Positions 61,681 to 64,000 of a DNA stretch of 64,000 bases are shown here, piece by piece. The DNA comes from Lama guanicoe (lineage: Eukaryota). Numbering within the stretch: position 1 is the first letter of the stretch; each line of letters starts with the position of its first letter. The stretch lies in NCBI GenBank assembly GCA_013239625.1, contig MU053588.1, positions 707,988-771,987 of the forward strand, read 5' to 3'. The notes beneath the pieces were generated by a model. It saw only the letters and a list, made by a program, of their open reading frames with translations. It made no database searches and was not told where the DNA came from. The translations under genes were made by a program, and so were the position numbers.

Positions 61681-62489
61681 TAGCTATCCTATCAGGAAAC
61701 ATCTCCAAGATCTGGTAATAAGAAAAGCAACTATGAAGATATTAACCCTTTTATTTTTTAAAAAAATTATCTTTCTATATAAGCATTTACTGCAGTTTAG
61801 GCATTTGGGATAAAAGTACGACTTCCGTTTTGCTGAGGAGCACGTGAACATGAGGTGGCATGCCCCTTCCATCCGTGGGTTTGGGTGTGAGCATCTTGCC
61901 GGGCCGCAGAGGAATCTCCGCTTGGAAAGACACATATTTTTCGGCCTCCATGGCCCTAGGGGCAAGGTTGGTGTGGGGACTGGCTCAACCCAGGGGGTAG
62001 TGCGGCAGAGCTTTCGCTCGGTCCCCAGCCCTCCCCCACACCCCACTTCCCCTAGCCTGAGGCGCCCCTCTCCTCTGCAGTTGTGAGCATTTCCTTGTAG
62101 ATTTACAGAGAAAGGTCTGGAAGAAGACACGGAAAACCTGTTGACAGGGCTTCTCTCCAGGGTTTAGATCCCAGGCAGGGCCTCACAGGGGTCCGGAAGA
62201 GGACCTGGAACTTACATGCTTGTGAAAATTCATACACAGACATGGAGGAGTTGTGTTTTTGTTTTTGTTTTTTAAGTTTTCCTTTGTCTCCATCCCACTT
62301 TACTCCTTAGAAGTAACCACTGTTAGCAGTTTGATGGATGTCTTCCTAGACCATTTCTTGTACATTTTATAGAATTTATGTACACACTCACACTAACAAA
62401 ATCTGCCCCCCTTTTATTTAAACCAAATGGGGTCATGCAATACAAACTATCCCACAACTGGCCACTTTCCCTTCTCAAGTGGCAGCATG

Positions 62490-62725
62490 GAATATGAGTA
62501 TGAGCTAGGAAGCCAGATCTCCCGGCTTCAAATCCCAGTGCCCTGCTCTCTAGTTGAGCAACCCAAGGCAAGTTACTCAGCCTCTCTGGACTCGGTTGCA
62601 TGGGCTTTGAACTCAGTACGGTCCCTCAGTCAGCCCTCCCTCACGGGCTTGTCATGAGGATGCAGTGGGTGAGTGTGTGGAAAGGCATTGCGCCTGCTAC
62701 ACATAAGCACTCAGTAGGTGTGAGC
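62490..62725 (+). mobile_element. MIR SINE
   Basis: ttcaaatcccag...ggcaagttactcagcctctctg. Confidence 0.75.
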
Positions 62726-63271
62726 TCTGCGCGTTCCCTGGGCGCCAGCTGGGCAATCTGCATGACACAGCTGCCTCATGCTTTATTATGGTGGCCGCAC
62801 CTGCCCTGGAATCAAGGCTCCCAGATCGCCTTCACCCATCCCTGCTCTCGGGCATCTATGCTATCCCCAGCTCTTCCTGTCACAGCAGTGCAGCAAGCGT
62901 GGGCGCCGTCCATCTCTCAGTGTGCACTGGGGTGAGTATCTGAGGCACAGATTCCTAGAAGGGAAATTGCTGGATTCAACTAAAACAATATGCACACCTC
63001 AAATTTCAGTGTGTTAATTCCAATTCATTCTTCCAGTTCCCCCAAGGGAAAAAAAATTACACCGATTTACATTCTTAGAAACAGGACAGGCCGCTCCAGA
63101 GCTCTGGCCTGTGTGGGAGCCTGGCCAGTTTGACTGTGGAAGCTGTACACGGCTGCCCTCGACTCCTGGGTAGGAATGTGGACCCCTCCTGGATGCCCTG
63201 GAAGGTTTAAGTTAGAAACACCCATCCGTTGTGTTCTTTGACATTAAATATGAAAGTGCAGGTTCTCACAG

Positions 63272-64000
63272 CACGATGTCGTGGTATAATAAGAAAAATA
63301 TTTTGATTTTCATCCAGGTTCCCAGCGCAAGAGCTTCCTAAAACCCTTGGAATTTCCTGAGAGATATGGTTGATACTGTCTTTTGTTATTCAAAATAAGC
63401 TCCTTTCAACCATACCTGAGTTTATGCTAAAGAGATGACTCTTGGTGGACCCCTAAATACTTCAGGAAGGTGGCTGGTTGCCAGAGGGACCAACCACATG
63501 ATCAGAGGGTTGGAACTTTTGAGCCCCACCCCTCCGACCTCTGGGAAGGGAAGAGGGGCTGCAGGTTGAGTTAATCACCAATAACCAGTGATTTGATCAA
63601 CTGTGCCTTCATAAAGGGACCTTCACGATACCATAAACAGCAGGGTTTGGAGAGCTTCTAGGTTGGTGAGCACATCCACGTGCTGGGAGGGTGATGCACT
63701 GCACCTCCACAGGAACAGAAGCTTCTGTACTTGGGACCCTTCTGGACCTGGTCCTGTATATCTCTTCTGGCTGTTCATTCGTATCCTTCATAATAAACCA
63801 GTAATAGTAAGTCACGTGTTTCCTTGAATTCTGTGAGCTGTTATAGCAAACTGTTGAACTTGAGGAGCGGGTCGTGGGAACTTCTGATTTATAGCCAAGT
63901 CAGGCAGAAGTGTGGGTAACCTGGGGACTCACCACTTGCAGTTGGGGTCTGAAGTGGGGACAGTCTTATGGGACTGAGCCCTTACCTGTGGAGTCTGTGG
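63272..64000 (+). mobile_element. MER21-family LTR (runs off window end)
   Basis: ggtataataagaaaaatatt...ctaaaacccttggaatttcctgag...atcagagggttggaacttt; same family as 17920-18817. Confidence 0.85.

Noticed and set aside
1..64000. Naming the host gene or a novel multi-gene system
   Set aside because: I recognised no coding exon, so any gene symbol would be a guess. Nothing resembling an operon-like, defence or array system is visible.

Overview
This is mammalian (eutherian) genomic DNA, most likely camelid (Vicugna/Lama/Camelus): a tRNA-derived SINE at about 48.2-48.4 kb resembles the camelid Vic-1 family, and I recognised no Alu, B1, Bov-A or PRE-1 elements. I recognised no intact protein-coding gene. 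The ORF track is almost entirely spurious, apart from decayed transposon protein remnants. A large fraction of the window is ancient interspersed repeat: MIR, L2, L1M, MaLR/MLT1 and MER21 LTRs, hAT-Charlie and Tc/mariner MITEs. L1 and LTR copies are strongly biased to the minus strand, which suggests the window lies inside a large intron or 5' region of a plus-strand gene. One convincing 68-nt internal exon candidate lies at 33030-33097. The best sequence-level observations are: (1) a Tc2/pogo (Kanga-like) DNA transposon fossil whose transposase C-terminus reads in frame once a nested retro-insertion flanked by a target-site duplication (TSD) is removed; (2) a gamma-type ERV fragment with env-TM remnant, PPT and 3' LTR; (3) several short L1/SINE insertions with TSDs; (4) three recent perfect or near-perfect local duplications; and (5) a few repeat-free motif clusters that look like enhancers or alternative promoters. 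I found no evidence for a novel multi-gene system. Repeat family names come from my recall of consensus motifs, not from a database search, and repeat boundaries are approximate unless a TSD is quoted.
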